Source: Octopus bimaculoides (lineage: Eukaryota). Taken from it: DNA of 51,053 nucleotides. Each line of letters opens with the position of its first letter. Position 1 is the stretch's first letter. The notes under the pieces were generated by a model. That model was not told the DNA's origin and did no database searches. It worked only from the letters and a program-made list of their open reading frames with translations. Below, in pieces: positions 12,915-25,802 of this stretch. Location: positions 25,595,421 through 25,646,473 of the forward strand of contig NC_069006.1 of assembly GCF_001194135.2 (NCBI RefSeq), given 5' to 3'. Position numbers and translations under genes: made by a program.

Positions 12915-13305
12915 ATTACCCATGCTGGTGCCACAAAAAAAACACCTTTGCCGGTGTCTCACTTAAAGAGCGCCTATGTTGGGGCCACATAAAAGTGCAC
13001 CCGTGCGGGAGCCATGTAAAGAAAGCACCTATGCCGGTGCCACATAGAGAGGCATCCATTCTGGTGCCATGTTGAAAAGCACCTGTGCTGGTGCCATGGG
13101 AAAAAGCACTCATGTGGGCACCATATATAAAGTACCCAGTACACTCCGTAAAGTGGTTGGCATGAGGAAGGGCATCTGGCCATAGAAACATTGCCAAAAC
13201 AGACAAATGGAGCCTGGTGCTGCCCTCCGACTTGCCAGCCTCTGTCAAACCATCCGGCCCATGCCAGCATGGAAGACAGATGTTAAGTGATGATGATGAT
13301 GATGA
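12915..13305 (+). mobile_element. Family B with internal array of ~8 x 26-28-nt units
   Basis: Units resemble GCCGGTGCCACATAAAAAGCACC, followed by normal family B 3' end and (GAT)n. Confidence 0.88.
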
Positions 13306-14436
13306 AAGGAATAAGAAATTATGGCAGGAACATCATTATTCTGTTTTCAGTCTTATTTTCTTGGCAGCAACACTAGAGAGGCCAGCATGCAGCTTTCAAG
13401 ACTTGCATCTCCTTAAAACGGGGGCTGCAGCAGAGAGGGAGCTAGCTTCATTCTCGGACAGTGGTTCTCAACCATTTTCTAACCTTAATCATAGTATTGT
13501 AAATGACTGGACTTCTTCATATTTCTCCCTATCATTTAAGTTTATTGTGTTGCCAGTTTCCTTCTTTGTTCGACAAACTCTCGTACATTCGTTCACTGTA
13601 TGTCAAAGAAATACATAAGTCTACGCTCTTTATAGTCTGACAATCATTTAAGGTTTAAGCTAACATGGCCACTTGTCTGACACCCATGGGAACATGTCAA
13701 ATGTTTTAAGATGTTAAATGAGGCGTTGTAAAACGTCTTTCCCCAGATACGATGCAATTCTCTGCCTAGTAACATATTCAGATAATATGATGCTTAACTG
13801 TCAATAACGAGATAGATAAACCTATATGAACTGCTCATCTGCATTACAAAACGCCTGGAATAGATTTGAACGGAAGGCGGACTAAGCTAGTAGCCTGGTA
13901 CTTTATCTAAACGACATTTCAATTCTTACAATTGGGTCGTTTGGAATCTCTGAAGACTTCGCATTCATCTAGCTAACAGTTCCTATATCTCTGGAAGCTA
14001 CGTTTGCGGCACGAGTTAAACTTATCTGGAGAGATTTATATCTATTAATCTCACCTATTCAAACAAGCATTAGCAACTTGAATAGTCACGGCAAACATAA
14101 CGGGAGAGACATAGCAATAACAAGGAACGCAAGCACACAATCACAACAATAGCAACACTACTGCGATAGCAACAACAACAACAACACGAGAATAACACTT
14201 TTTAGTGGTAATAACAATGACGACAAAAGCTGCAACACAAAAGGAAGCAAAAACGGACAAGAATATGAAACAAGTGCAACAAATATCTAACTAAACAGAT
14301 ATGGTGCCGATGACGATGGTGCTGGTGGGTAATGTGTGGCAGAAAGCTAATAAATATAGTGAATAATTTTATTCATTCGTAGAGAAAGGAAGGCATTTTC
14401 GGTCGGCCATTTTTATGATTATTTTTGCATTCATTC

Positions 14437-14468
<32 letters not shown>

Positions 14469-16273
14469 ACATCGATTATTATCTGTATGTGTTAGAGATA
14501 CTTCCTTTTGCCTTGCAGCTATAAATATTTATTACTTAATTGGTGGCTGAGAAAGGTTGAAGTTTGGCTCAATAATGCTTTGTCTCCGTTGCTGCCTTAT
14601 TGTTGTCGTCAATTACATTACAAGTTGTCAGATGTGACTTTTGATAGTCCACCGTGAATAAAATACATTATTCTGCGTCAGTTTTTCTTTGTGCTTTTAA
14701 TGTATTTCGTTATTATTTTTTCAGTATTATAGATAAGTATGTGCGTGGCAGAGGAAGGATTGGTATTAAACAACAGCCAAACAATATGGTATTGCAGTCA
14801 CTCCATACGCACCGCATTACAATATGGAGTCAAGTTACAATACACACACATACGTACGTTACCCATAGAGAGCCTCATTAACATTCTTCTCTATTCTCCC
14901 CTTTCTAATTCAAGTTAATCTTTTTCAACCACTTCCTAAACCTAAAATTCGTCTATCAAAATGTCTTCTCTTTCTCTCTTCTCATTCACATACACAAGTA
15001 CATATTTCCCACCTTCGGCTCCTACAGTTCAAATCCTTACATCTCTAAACAAACTCCGCCTCAGATTTTTGAAATATTTTTCAAAACAGACGATAGAACA
15101 AACAAAAAATGAGAGAAAAGTAAGAAAGAGAAATCTTCCTTTTTCACTATCATCTCATTCAGCTTAATGCTTCGAAACGCAACCCTCCGCCATCTTTGTA
15201 TCTCAAACACTCCATCACCACCAATGCGCAGCTCAGCACTTCGAACACTACGCCGCCCTCACCACCACCACCACCACCACCACCACCAAATCTATCTCAA
15301 ATCTCACTCCCAGAAGGACACACTGAACAGTGCAGTTCTAGATACAGCTAAGACGAGTTGGTCACGGTCAGAGCGACTTTCATCAGAAGTTTGCTGACTC
15401 AGGAGGACTAAACAACATCTAGTGCCTTTTAAGAGAGACACAGTTTGTGGTCAACCAAGGTGTTAGAAATAGCAGCTGAACCTCTTTTTCGCTCACCATC
15501 TGCCATATTAAAAACAGGAAGGACACATTTAACAATACAAACAGATGGGATGATCAAAGCTGACCTGGATCTCAGCAACAACAACTAACTCGTTCTTTTC
15601 GGAATGAATGCAANNNNNNNNNNNNNNNNNNNNNNNNNNNNNNNNNNNNNNNNNNNNNNNNNNNNNNNNNNNNNNNNNNNNNNNNNNNNNNNNNNNNNNN
15701 NNNNNNNNNNNNNNNNNNNNNNNNNNNNNNNNNNNNNNNNNNNNNNNNNNNNNNNNNNNNNNNNNNNNNNNNNNNNNNNNNNNNNNNNNNNNNNNNNNNN
15801 NNNNNNNNNNNNNNNNNNNNNNNNNNNNNNNNNNNNNNNNNNNNNNNNNNNNNNNNNNNNNNNNNNNNNNNNNNNNNNNNNNNNNNNNNNNNNNNNNNNN
15901 NNNNNNNNNNNNNNNNNNNNNNNNNNNNNNNNNNNNNNNNNNNNNNNNNNNNNNNNNNNNNNNNNNNNNNNNNNNTATAATATATATATATATATTTGTC
16001 TTCTCTATTTAATCATCGACATACTTAAGAATTATTTTATTACGCTGTGTTATGGATATATGTATACAGTAATGATCGATTGTGTGTTCTGAGATCGCTA
16101 TGGCGCCATCTTTTCTGTGTCTTGTATAATGAACACTCACCGACTGGCTTTTGAACTGTGAGCTAACGAGGGAATTTCCTACGTGGTTGTCGCACGGCCT
16201 TGCTATACAAGCAGTAGACGAATCACACATTACAGTCATTAAAGAGAGAGCCAGGACTTATCGAAAAATGTCA

Positions 16274-16311
<38 letters not shown>

Positions 16312-17539
16312 CGCGAGAGAAAGAGTAGATGGACAAACGAATGAAAGGAGCGTTCAACACATTTAGAGATTTAAGTGTTTTATAAACAATTGACTCAGCT
16401 TCATATTAAAGTTTCGTGGGAACAGATACACGCCTACATCCTCAGATGTACAGAACCATTCACACACATACACTCGTAGCGTAGCCACGTTCTAAAGTGA
16501 GGGAGAGTGAGCACATAAAAAAAAGCGCTGTGACACCAAACAATTTATAACTAATTCCTCTTATATTAGGCGAAATATTTCATTCAGTTATAATATATAT
16601 AATTATATTCTACATTCATTAATTTCATGCTTCAGTAATAAGGTCATGATGCATGAAACTTAGATATAGCTGCGACATGAAAAAGATGAAACTCCACCGG
16701 ATCGTTCAATGTGGAGCGGTTATGACGCCGGGGCTTGTTCTGGTTCTTCAGATATCAGCCCTCCCCCAACACATCACAGAAGATTGAGTAGACAGTTCAA
16801 GAACACGGAAGGTTGGTCAGATAAAGTAACAACTCCAGAAGGTTCTCTTCCAGGGCCATGCAATTAACAAAAACAGAAAAGATTCGACTTTTATTGCACA
16901 TGTGAACTAAAGAGTTAAAAAAGAAGAAATTTTTGAAAAGGCACCAGCTTTCAAAAATGAGCTCACGGGANNNNNNNNNNNNNNNNNNNNNNNNNNNNNN
17001 NNNNNNNNNNNNNNNNNNNNNNNNNNNNNNNNNNNNNNNNNNNNNNNNNNNNNNNNNNNNNNNNNNNNNNNNNNNNNNNNNNNNNNNNNNNNNNNNNNNN
17101 NNNNNNNNNNNNNNNNNNNNNNNNNNNNNNNNNNNNNNNNNNNNNNNNNNNNNNNNNNNNNNNNNNNNNNNNNNNNNNNNNNNNNNNNNNNNNNNNNNNN
17201 NNNNNNNNNNNNNNNNNNNNNNNNNNNNNNGGGGGGGGGGGCGGTCGTCCCCCTTGCTCCTCTATTAGCTACGACATTGACACAAACATGCGAAGATGGG
17301 TGGTCAGGTAGGCAGTGCGTTGTGTTCCTGAGCGTAGCATTTCATTTCACCATAGCCCCAGTTCGCTCAGCTGCAATCGAACAACTCAGCGAAGGACTGG
17401 CAGATATAACAGCAGATAGACTGTTATCTCAGACGCTTATATGCTATGGAAACCGATAATGTCAAGGAGACTTGCTTTCTATACACGTCTGTTTACCGAC
17501 AAAATACCCTGCTAGTGTACAATATATATTGTGTGTGTG

Positions 17540-17895
17540 TATGGAAGCGCAATGGCCCAGTGGTTAGGGCAGCAGACACGCGAGCGTTTTGAGTGTTTTT
17601 TGAGTGAAAACACCTAAAGCTCCACGGGTCTCCGGCAGGGGGTGGTGGCGAACCCTGCTGTACTCTTTCACCACAACTTTCTCTCCCTATTTCTTCCAGT
17701 TTCTGTTGTACCTGTATTTCAAAGGGGCCGGCCTTGTTACACTCTGTGTCTCGCAGAATCTCCCTGAGAACTACGTTAAGGGTACACGTGTCTGTGGAGT
17801 GCTCAGCCACTTGCACGTTAATTTCACGAGCAAGCTGTTCCATTGATCGGATCAACTGGAACCCTCGTCGTCGCAACCGACGGAGTGCCAGTTAG
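17540..17895 (+). mobile_element. tRNA-derived SINE family D, ~355 nt, single copy in window
   Basis: Head ATGGAAGCGCAATGGCCCAGTGGTTAGGGCAGCAGAC (A box); long body; 3' end GATCAACTGGAACCCTCGTCGTCGCAACCGACGGAGTGCC. Confidence 0.8.
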
Positions 17896-18086
17896 TTAAG
17901 AGTAACCTCTTAACCACCGGTGTCCAGCTCTCGCTCCAATAATATCTAACGGAGGATCTCTATCAATGCTGGGATTTAACTGTAATATATGGTTCAAATA
18001 TACAGCAAAAAAAAAAAACAAGACGAAACAGGCGAGGGAACAACAAACAAGGTGTAATAGTTTGACGCTTAGGAAAAATGGAAGAA

Positions 18087-18125
18087 TCTTTGACGTTTCG
18101 AGTCTACGCTCTTCCTCAGAAACGA
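18087..18125 (-). ncRNA. Minimal type I hammerhead ribozyme motif of Penelope-like element type
   Basis: Minus strand UCgUUU-CUGAGGA-A-GAG-CGUAGA-CUC-GAAAC-GUC-AAAGA: catalytic core, 3-bp stem II, palindromic ACGU in place of stem III, GUC cleavage triplet, short stem I. Confidence 0.6.
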
Positions 18126-18659
18126 ATAAGGAGAGGGGGGGAACGGAGACAGAAAAACGTGTCTGGATTAACGGGTTCACATGTCGAATGGACTGGAAGG
18201 AAATGGTTGAATGGAAGGCTAAAGTGTGTGTGCGCAAGCGTATATGTGAGGTTAATGTATGTGTAGTATGTATGGGCGAGTGCATATTAAGTTTTCATAA
18301 TGTAACGTAAGATTATACCATTTGTACGACATTAAATGGTGGGGGAGGGGGAAGCGAACAGAACGTGTAATTGTATATAATTTTAAGTTTGTATATAAAT
18401 ATGTGTGCGTATAGACATGCAGAGCTCATACATACATTTACATATATAAAGACGTCTTCACAGATTTTTCTAATCAAGTTTTAGATGTTTGTTTACTCAA
18501 CAAAGCTGAAGAAATCAAAGAGAACAAAGAAGGTAAAAAAAAAAGAGCAAAGCCGACAACAACGCAATAACAGCAACTACAATAACAACAAGAGCAACAG
18601 TTTGTTCACATCTTTCAACGCTAATGTCTTTGAAGATGGTGAGAAGTTGGTGAGGTGGG

Positions 18660-19185
18660 GGTGGAGATAGAGGCAGAGTAAGAGAGAGAAAGAAGGGGAG
18701 GGAAAGTAGATAGATAGAAACGGAGTGAGAGAGAGGGAGACACACACACACACACACACACATATATGGAGAGAAAGAGAGAGTAGAAAGAGAAAGGAAG
18801 TAAGAGTTGTTACATAAGAGAGTAAGACATGAACTAATAAGAGAGAGAGAGAAATAGTAAGAGCAAGAGAGAGAGAGAGAGAGGAATTGTAGAATAAGAA
18901 AGAGAGACTCAGATATAAATGTAGAGAGAACAATAGAAAGAGAAATAGAGTAAGAAAGAACTAGTAAGAGAGAGAGAGAGGTAGTAAGAAGGAAATAGTA
19001 AGGGTGTAAGAGAGGAAGTGAAATAAGAGTAAGAACTAGTCACAGAGAGAGAGAGAGAGAGAGAGAGAGGAGGGGATACAAATAGTAAGAAAGAGAGAAA
19101 TAGTAAAGATGAGAGAGAGAGAGAAATTGTAAGAAGAAAGAAAAAGTAAAATAATCAGTTTGAGAAATTGAGAAATGGTAAGCAT

Positions 19186-19234
<49 letters not shown>

Positions 19235-19586
19235 AAAGCGTATGAATAAGAAGGAGAGACAGAAATAGAGAGATACAGTAATAACGAGAGAGAATAAGAG
19301 AGAGAGAGAGAGAAGGAAAGCGTATGAATAAGAAGGAGAGAGAGAGGGAAGGAAAGCGTAGGAATAAGAAAGAGAGAGACAGAAATAGAGAAATACTGTA
19401 ATAACGAGAGAGAGAGGAAATAATAAGATAGATAGAGTAAGAGAGAGAGAGACAGAGAAAGGAAATAATAAGAGATAGAGTAAGAGAGAGAAAGGAAATA
19501 AGAGAAATAGAGTAAGAGGGGGAGAGAGAGAGAGAGAGTAAGAGAGCGAGATAAAATGAAATAGTAAGAATAAGAGAGCTAGAGAT

Positions 19587-19625
<39 letters not shown>

Positions 19626-19700
19626 AATCGCAAGAATAAGAGAGAGGGAGGGAAGAAAAGGAAAAAGAGTAAGACTAATAAAGAAAGGAAAAGAGGGAGA
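18660..19700. repeat. ~1-kb purine-strand (GA/GAA/GTAA) tract with ~120-nt internal duplications (19230-19430)
   Basis: GAAGGAAAGCGTA(T/G)GAATAAGAA occurs three times. Confidence 0.95.
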
Positions 19701-20236
19701 GAAAATGTTGGTGTGTTTGTTTGTTTGTGTTTTTAAAGAGAAAAGAAGCAGATTTAATGATTGGCCTGTTAACAAGGCAAAGTTAATTGTAAATTTTCCA
19801 GTTGAATTTCTGATGATTTGCCGTTGGTAAGTAAAAGGGGTGGACGACGTGGAAGTAAGCGGTCGGTAGCTAATGAACGATGTTATACATACGTACATAT
19901 GTGTATATTAGAGAAGGTAAGGTCTATATAAATTGGATTACTTCCATCAATGTAGCCGTGTGTGTGTGTGTGTGTATGTGTGTACTGGAGCGAAAGAAAT
20001 AATAGTTAAAAGCGTGGTGTGATGAACAAAGATTGTTTTCAGTTACGTGTAACCGATAACACGTGTGTGTGTGTCTGTGTGTCTGTGTGTGTATATATGG
20101 GTGTGTGAAGGCCTGAGTATGGTGTTTGTGTATGAGCGCTCGTGTGTGTGTGTGTGTTTGCTTGAGATGTGGGCATTTTGGCGGAAAACGAATGATTACT
20201 TAGCTAGAGGATATTACATGATATAAGAAACAACCT

Positions 20237-20287
<51 letters not shown>

Positions 20288-21209
20288 GGTTAATGACGGT
20301 TTTAGTAACAAGCGATTGATCTAACTCGGGGTTTCGTGGGAAGGTGATAATTTTCACACTTCATAACGAAACTCAGAGTCGTGTCATGGCCAATCGCTTG
20401 TTAGTTTAGTTGTCATTAAACTATTTTATAGCATTTCACTGCGTTCATAGTTGAATACTCTTCGGTTTTCCGCTAAGAACCGCATCAGATTACATATATG
20501 CATACATATGTGTGTGTGTGTATAAATTATATACAAGATGGAAAAAGCAAGCTTTAATTATAAATTACCACTGTTGTTTCTGTGCTGTGGCAACAACTGT
20601 TAGTTACTGAGTTATGCCAATTATGCCAAAGCAGCAAACGGAGCCTGGTTCGGCCCCTGGCCTAACCAGCTCCGGTCAAACCGTCCAACCCATGCCAACA
20701 TGGAAAACGGACGTTAAATGCTGATGATGATGATAGTGATACTCTTACATGAATAAATACGACCCAGGAACAGCTGTGCGCCAGCACTTCATCAGAGGTG
20801 GGTTGCTTCTTTTAAAGTACTACTGAGCCAAATTCAATTTCTTCTCTTTTGTGTGAGAATATGTATGTCTGTATATATGCGTGTCTGTGTATGCCTGTAT
20901 ATATGTCTGTATGTATGTGTCTAACAATAATACAGGCCCTCAGAAATCCCAGGTTGGCGTCCAGCATACTGGAAGACTAATGGGAGTGAGGAACCCCTTC
21001 GCTTTTGTTAAAGGATGTTTCTGGGAGAAGATCACTCTGATACGAAACCAGAAGACCTGTCAAACCAAATGAAATCGTAGTCATGGCCAATGCTGTTGCC
21101 ACATAACTGGCAACTGTGCCTCTGACACATTAAAAGCACCTTTTGAGTGTTGGGCCTCACGGAGGCAAAGCAGCTGATGCCGGTGGAACACAAAAGCATC
21201 AAGTGAAAT

Positions 21210-21509
21210 CAGTCTCTTTTGCCAAACTACTAAGTTACAGGGATATAGACACACCAACTTCGGTTTTCAGGCAATGGTGGTGGTGGTGGGGGGGGACAAA
21301 CACAGACACACACATACACACATACATACATACACACACACACAGACACAGACACATATAGTGTTTCCGTCTACCAAATCCACTCACAAGGCTTTGGCCA
21401 GCCCAATGCTATAGTAGAAGGCACTTGCCCATGGTGCCACGCAGTGGGACTGAACCTAGAACCATGTGGCTGGAAACAAGCTTCTTACCACACAGCCACT
21501 CCTGCGCCT
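21210..21509 (-). mobile_element. SINE family A
   Basis: Reverse complement of head, core and internal (CA)n. Confidence 0.9.
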
Positions 21510-22022
21510 CTGTTTATAATTAAATATTAGGAATTGTATAAAAATCTGTTAAAATGCTTTTATTTATTGTAGCAATATAACCAGTTTATTGCCCCTTAAA
21601 CTTTAACAACAAGACCTTATATGAAACCCCAAAGGTCATAGAGACCCCAGTTATGAACCACGAGTCTAGACTCCCAACATATATGGAAATAGCGGTATAT
21701 TTAGGAGGAGGAAGCAAATAACGAGTAGCTAAAGAAAGTAGCATCAAAGACGGTAATTAAAATAACTATTAATGAGCAAACCTAATTAAAGGGTGACTTG
21801 TATCAATGTAAGAGTTTACAGCAACCAGATAATTGTCTATGAAGTTTTCTGGTGTTTGTATTTAATTGGAAGTGAAGACGAACGAGGTACAATTAACGAT
21901 GATGATCAAATCTGCAATTAGCATAGCTGTCTTCCTGCTAGACAGAGATTTCTTTGCTCAGAAGTTACCATATCTAACAAGACGATAACATAATAATGAT
22001 AATAATAATAATAATGATAATA

Positions 22023-22063
<41 letters not shown>

Positions 22064-22244
22064 TAATAATAATGATAATGGTGATAATAATAATAATAGT
22101 AATAATAATAATGATAATAATAATAACAATAATGAGAATAATAATAATGTAAAAGTGGTACCAGTGGTGATCTGAAAATTTGGGATTATCACTTGAGCAT
22201 TTGGATTGATGTAATTGACCAGGGTGCTCAACTGGTACTAATCT

Positions 22245-22690
22245 TATTCTTTTCTACTCTAGGCACAAGGCCCAACATTTTGGGGGAGGGAGCCAGTCGA
22301 TTAGATCGACCCCAGTATACAACTGGTACTTAATTTATCGAACTCTAAAGGATGAAAGGCAAAGTTGACCTCGGCAGAATTTGAACTCAGAACGTAAAGA
22401 CAGATGAAAAGTTGCAAAGCTTTTTGCCTGGTGTGCTAACGACTCTGCCCAGCTCACCACCTTAATAATAATAACAACAACAACAACAACAACAACAATA
22501 ATAATGATATAATCCTTTCTACTGGAGGCACAGATTTTTGGGGAGGGTACTAGTCAATTTATCGACCCTGAAAGGATGAAAGGCAAAGTCGACCTTGGCA
22601 GGATTTGAACTCAGAACGTAAAGACAGATGAAATGCCGCTAAGCATTTCCCTGTGCATGCTAACGGTTCTGCCAGCTCGCCATCTTCCAT
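22245..22690 (-). mobile_element. Two tandem tRNA-derived SINE family C copies (22245-22465, 22510-22690)
   Basis: Minus head GAGCTGGCAGAA.CGTTAGCA...TACGTTCTGAGTTCAAAT (B box), body CTTTGCCTTTCATCCTTT...GTACCAGTT...GGGGTCGAT, tail ending in ATT repeats. Confidence 0.88.
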
Positions 22691-24280
22691 CAATCAAGAC
22701 ATATTAAAATTAAACTGTTTGTAACTGACCATAAAGTCTGATTCCATTTGTGTGAGTGTTGCCAGCTCTACAGACAGGCAGCCATCTTGGCTCTTGAACC
22801 AATTTCATATCAGCTTGGCACCATGTCAAATATCGTTTAGAAGCCAGAGTGAGAAAAGTATTCGTTTTCAATTTTGCTTTTTCTTTTTTTTTTTCTCTTT
22901 TCTTTTCAATAAACATATGAGGTGTAATTTCGTTTGAGTTTAAAGTTCTGATGTACAACAGACCATAAGGACAGAAAGATCAACACCTCTGTCACTAGTT
23001 GAGGTATGGAAATCAATTCACAGAAACATCAAATATAAACTGCCAAGCAAAGAGGTGAATAGTTTAACATCTTAGGTCTTATATCAACCACAGATAATTC
23101 TTGGTATATCTTGGTTGAACAATTAATTTCCTAAAATAGTTCAAATGTCACCTCATGGCTTAAAAGGTTAGTAATTGTGCCTCACTTAACCCTTTCAATT
23201 CCAACCCTCCTGAGCCCATCTTTAGTTTTAGGATAAAAAAAAAAACTCTGCTTTAAGATCTTCAGATTTACATTAATCCTTTTAATGCTGACATTTGCTT
23301 TATGATGCAAAAGAGATTGAAATTAAAACCTCACTTGAATGTTTTGTTCACGTGCCACCAGCACAACAAGTATGTATATATATACACCACATTTTAACCC
23401 CATCACACCATATTCTTGCTATAGCAAGATTAGGTTAGTCATTATCCCAGTCAGATTCCAGGTAAAGCAGTAATGAACAACACACACACACACACACAGA
23501 GAACAAGAAGATGCAGCAGATTCTGTCCATGGGTTTGCCTGCAGGATTACTCTAGAGCTGCAGGTGCAACAAGTGAACAGTAAAGTTAGACACAAGGGTT
23601 TGGTCTGAGAGGGTCCAAGCATTGTCCTTCTTTTCTCTATGAAATGTAACCCAGATTTTTTAACATGAAGTTCAGAAATAAATTAAGTTTACCAAGAAGA
23701 AGAAGAAAAGCCTTGACGGCGTTTGCTCCGTCTCTCAGAAACCTGATTTATGCCACTTTCCAACTGTTTACATTCACTAATTACCGATGCCAACCATAAT
23801 GAGTTTCTTTAGAATCTTCTGTTTATTTCTTCAACTGAGAGCTTCTTGCTTTTATCAATTCAGTCAGCCATGACTGCCACCACCACCACCAACAACCCAG
23901 TGGCTTACAAATGAATTTATCAATTATGATGATGTATTTACCAATTCCTCGGCTGCATGTTTGATTTGGTTTATAATTCCAATTAGAAATTGTATAAATT
24001 TTGCTGGAAGTTAACGAGGATACAATTAAAGGCAAAAATTCTTCAAAGGAAGAGAAGGAAAGTGGTTTTCATGGTATGTTTATATATGTGTGTGTTTATA
24101 TGGATGTATACACAAACATGCACACACACACACACACACACACTCACATGCACACACACACACACATGTACATAAGATGTAGATATATATGTGTGTGTGT
24201 ATATATATATATATATACACATACCCACACACACACACATGTGTGTGTGTGTATATATTTATAGATATATATATATGTTC

Positions 24281-24324
<44 letters not shown>

Positions 24325-24390
24325 TTTATAGATACACACACACACATATGTATATTTCTTTGCAGAATTTTTGTTTGATGGTTTAATTAT

Positions 24391-24416
24391 GTTTCGGCCT
24401 TGTTGGTCTTCATCAG
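24391..24416 (-). ncRNA. Degenerate Penelope-type hammerhead core
   Basis: Minus strand CUGAUGA-A-GACC-AACAA-GGCC-GAAAC; stem II has a mismatch, and no NUH/stem I follows. Confidence 0.4.
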
Positions 24417-25203
24417 AAGCACTAATTAATTAATTAATTCAATTCAATTCAATTCTGGGTGTTGAGTAATTAATATCCTATTTTGAATTGAGCAAGAGAA
24501 GCTCAGTTGCATAGGAGATATTCCTTACTTGACTCTATGAATTTCATTAACGCTCGTTATGAAGTCGTCAATGTAGAAAACGGGTAGCTATCCCATTAAT
24601 AATAATAATAATGATAATAATAATAATAATAATGGTTTCATGTTTTGGCAAAGGGCCAGCAGATTTTGAGGGGAAGGGAATAGTAAGATGCTGTAATGAT
24701 CAGATCCAGATATTCCTTCTGCATAAAAACTTAATAGTAAAGTGGGCATTGTCATGTTGTCCTGATCAAGCTGACTGCCCAATATAATAGCTAAACCTCC
24801 CTCGGCTGATGACCAACTCTTTGACTTCCGATTTGGGGCAGCATGCCCTCCCATAAGTAAAGAATGGTGGTGGTATGCATGGGAGGCAAGGAGCTGGGGA
24901 TGGGAATGGTAAAATGGAAATGGGGGTGAATGGATGATTCCTGGCCCCTGCCGATTACTTTCTGCCATGCTACAAGTCTTATTTAGGAAGAGATATCCCA
25001 AGTTAAAACAACAACAAACTCACACCAATAACAACAGCAGAAGCAGCATTGGCAGCAGCAAGGAATCCGTCAGTGCTTGGGGATAATATACAGCGTCGTA
25101 AGAAGCCAGTCTGTAATTAGCAGACGAAAAATCCTTCACTTGCAGCGCTGCTTTAAAACCGTTCCATAATTCAATACAAAGATCAAAGAAGTTTCTCATT
25201 TCG

Positions 25204-25239
<36 letters not shown>

Positions 25240-25258
25240 CATCAGCAATCATCATCAC

Positions 25259-25291
<33 letters not shown>

Positions 25292-25771
25292 TATTTATTT
25301 ATTTATGCTAGTTTTTTTTTTTTTTTTGATGGATAGGCTCTATAAATGACAAAACACAAAGTAATTAAAATAAAAAAAATTACGGTGGGGAATTAACATT
25401 CAGATTTTCTGTGGAATCTCCGCGCACACCAGTTCTGGCTAATCAGTTGGAAAACAAGAAAATTGGTTAAAATCTTGACTTTGAAATCAAGAGAAAATTC
25501 CTGATGGCTTTTCTGTTTTGAGCGAAAATTTCGATTGGAATANNNNNNNNNNTATTCTGAAAAAGAGGATTAAGTGGGATTAAGAAGATTATAGCTTCTT
25601 AAGCCCCACCACTTGCCCCATTTATTTCAACTTGATCCTGTATTACTACCGATCGAATTCTGGGGCCTCTATAAGGAGGGAGGTATTGACCCCCTTACAG
25701 CAGAAATCAGATATTCCCAGTAAAAAAGGTTGCCCATGCTGGATCTACCTGCTCTGTTGCTCTCTCTCTCG

Positions 25772-25802
<31 letters not shown>

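Noticed and set aside
12915-13140. CRISPR-like array of ~27-nt repeats
   Set aside because: Units are contiguous and diverged, lack unique spacers and cas genes, lie inside a SINE-like repeat, and the DNA is eukaryotic.
16410-16450. Minus-strand CUGAGGA...GAAAC as a third hammerhead
   Set aside because: No coherent stem II and no cleavage triplet or stem I.
17540-17600. tRNA gene-like heads (also 21440-21509, 33765-33830, 38150-38200, 44401-44465)
   Set aside because: A/B boxes are present but there is no complete cloverleaf, and each continues into a SINE body; not tRNA genes.
17493-17876. 127-aa minus-strand ORF
   Set aside because: Antisense reading of SINE family D.
21730-21910. Cluster of TAATTA homeodomain-like sites (also 9400-9560)
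   Set aside because: Expected frequently in such AT-rich sequence; no conservation data.
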